Positions 62,788-64,000 of a DNA stretch of 64,000 nt are shown here, piece by piece. The DNA lies in NCBI GenBank assembly GCA_030390025.1, contig CM059432.1, forward strand, positions 126,544,001-126,608,000. Direction: 5' to 3'. The stretch is from Squalus acanthias. Its lineage: Eukaryota. The number at the start of each line of letters is the position of its first letter. The stretch's first letter is position 1. A program made the translations under genes and the position numbers. Below the pieces are notes generated by a model. The model was not told where the DNA came from, made no database searches, and saw only the letters and a list, made by a program, of their open reading frames with translations.

Positions 62788-63435
62788 AAAGGGAGAGCCC
62801 ACAGATTTTCTGACGCGGCTCTTGAGGCACTGGTCGTGGCGAAGAGGCGCGCGGTCCTCTTCCCACACACTGGCAGGAAGCCCTCGCCGCACACCTCGTT
62901 AAGCCTCTGGCAGGAGATAGCCGCCCATGTCACGGCCAGCACTGTGGTACCAAGGTCCGCCATCACATGCCAAAAGAAGTCTAATGACTACACACGGCAG
63001 GTCAAGGTTAGTGAAGGCATAAGCAAATGCCATATCCCACCATCTGCACCACAAGCCTCACGCAATATGCGCCACACCCGCAGCACGCACCTACCAACAA
63101 TCTCTACCGATCACTACTCACACATCACAATCAGAACTTCACTTCACTTTACCCTCACAACCTTACCCCTGCTGCAACACTCACACCCACCACACACTGA
63201 CAGCGATTCAACTATAGCAGGCACATCACCCAAACACATTGCCCCACACTCACTCATACTTTTTCTTGCAGGCCAAAGTCGCACACAACCAGAGGGAGCA
63301 GCAACAGATAGGCAGGGGCCAGGCTGACATCCATGACCTCAGCCAGCTGGAGGAGTGTGTGCTGGACATCATTGGACGGCAGATCATAGAGGCCGTGGCG
63401 ACAGATGAGGTTCAACCCCTTGGGGACAACAGCAG
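62788..63435 (+). pseudogene. Myb/SANT-like gene exons 1-2 (intron 63007-63271)
   Basis: RAHRFSDAALEALV...LWQEIAAHV...CQKKSNDYTRQVK|gttagt...ttcttgcag|AKVAHNQREQQQIGRG...LSQLEECVLDIIG in frame; start codon appears mutated (ccatagc). Confidence 0.78.
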
Positions 63436-64000
63436 ATGTTCATTCCTAATCCTCCTCCTCACATCCCACTTCCCCTGCAGCCCACAATCTCTTCTCACTT
63501 TCCAAGCTACTCATGCTGTATGCATGCATTTCTGGCTTCACCCCACCCTCCCCTCATCATAACCTGACTCTTGTGCCTTTCCGCTTTCAAATAATCAACA
63601 AGCACCTGAGCAGCCTGTCCCTGAGGGCACCGTAGAGAGTGAAGGAGAAGAAGAGGAGGAGGAAGACACCGCATCAGTCACTCGCAGACACCAGCTCAGA
63701 AACTGGCACTACGCGTACTTTAGAGGCTAGTGTAGAAGTGGGGATGTGCACAGGGTGAAGTACCAGGCACGAGTGGGCTGCAGAAAGTCCAGAGGGAAAG
63801 GGTAGCTCAGGGGCCATCTCCCCAGAGGGAGAGTTCGTGCAAGAGTTCTGCTGCACAGGACTCAGATGAGGACCTCGATGGGGCAGCCTTTAGAAGGGTA
63901 ATAGGCATGCACACCGAATTGATGGTGCACTGGCAAGCCTGCCAGAGAGCATCTCGGCAATGTCAAGGAATGTGGAGGAGTCCGCCTCCAACATTGCACA

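Larger units (their letters stand above)
60901..64000 (+). mobile_element. Outer Harbinger-derived element with multi-exon Myb/SANT pseudogene (runs off window)
   Basis: TIR-like gacctagaaattg; 60901-61108 and 62662 onward are colinear with the inner element's 5' region. Confidence 0.75.

Overview
Eukaryotic, repeat-rich DNA with no prokaryotic features. The repeat families point to a cartilaginous fish, probably a shark (inference): CR1/HER1-type LINEs, L2 tails, an RTE LINE, GIY-YIG Penelope-like elements (PLEs), HE1/V-SINE- and Deu/SacSINE-like SINEs, and PIF/Harbinger derivatives. The window looks like the interior of a large intron-rich gene. Only one good candidate coding exon (39615-39706, minus) and one weak one were found, and nearly all track ORFs are TE fragments or their antisense shadows. 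Main structures: (1) a young 504-bp non-coding PLE-like insert with perfect 102-bp inverted repeats, each carrying a minimal hammerhead ribozyme; (2) a LINE that appears to start with a tRNA/SINE-like head, plus a SINE matching its head and tail; (3) Harbinger-derived elements that keep a spliced Myb/SANT gene but have lost the transposase, one nested in another; (4) an inverted pair of closely related PLEs; (5) many MITEs with GG-initial TIRs, some with 3-bp TSDs. Family names come from recalled motifs, not database searches. Boundaries of old repeats are approximate.
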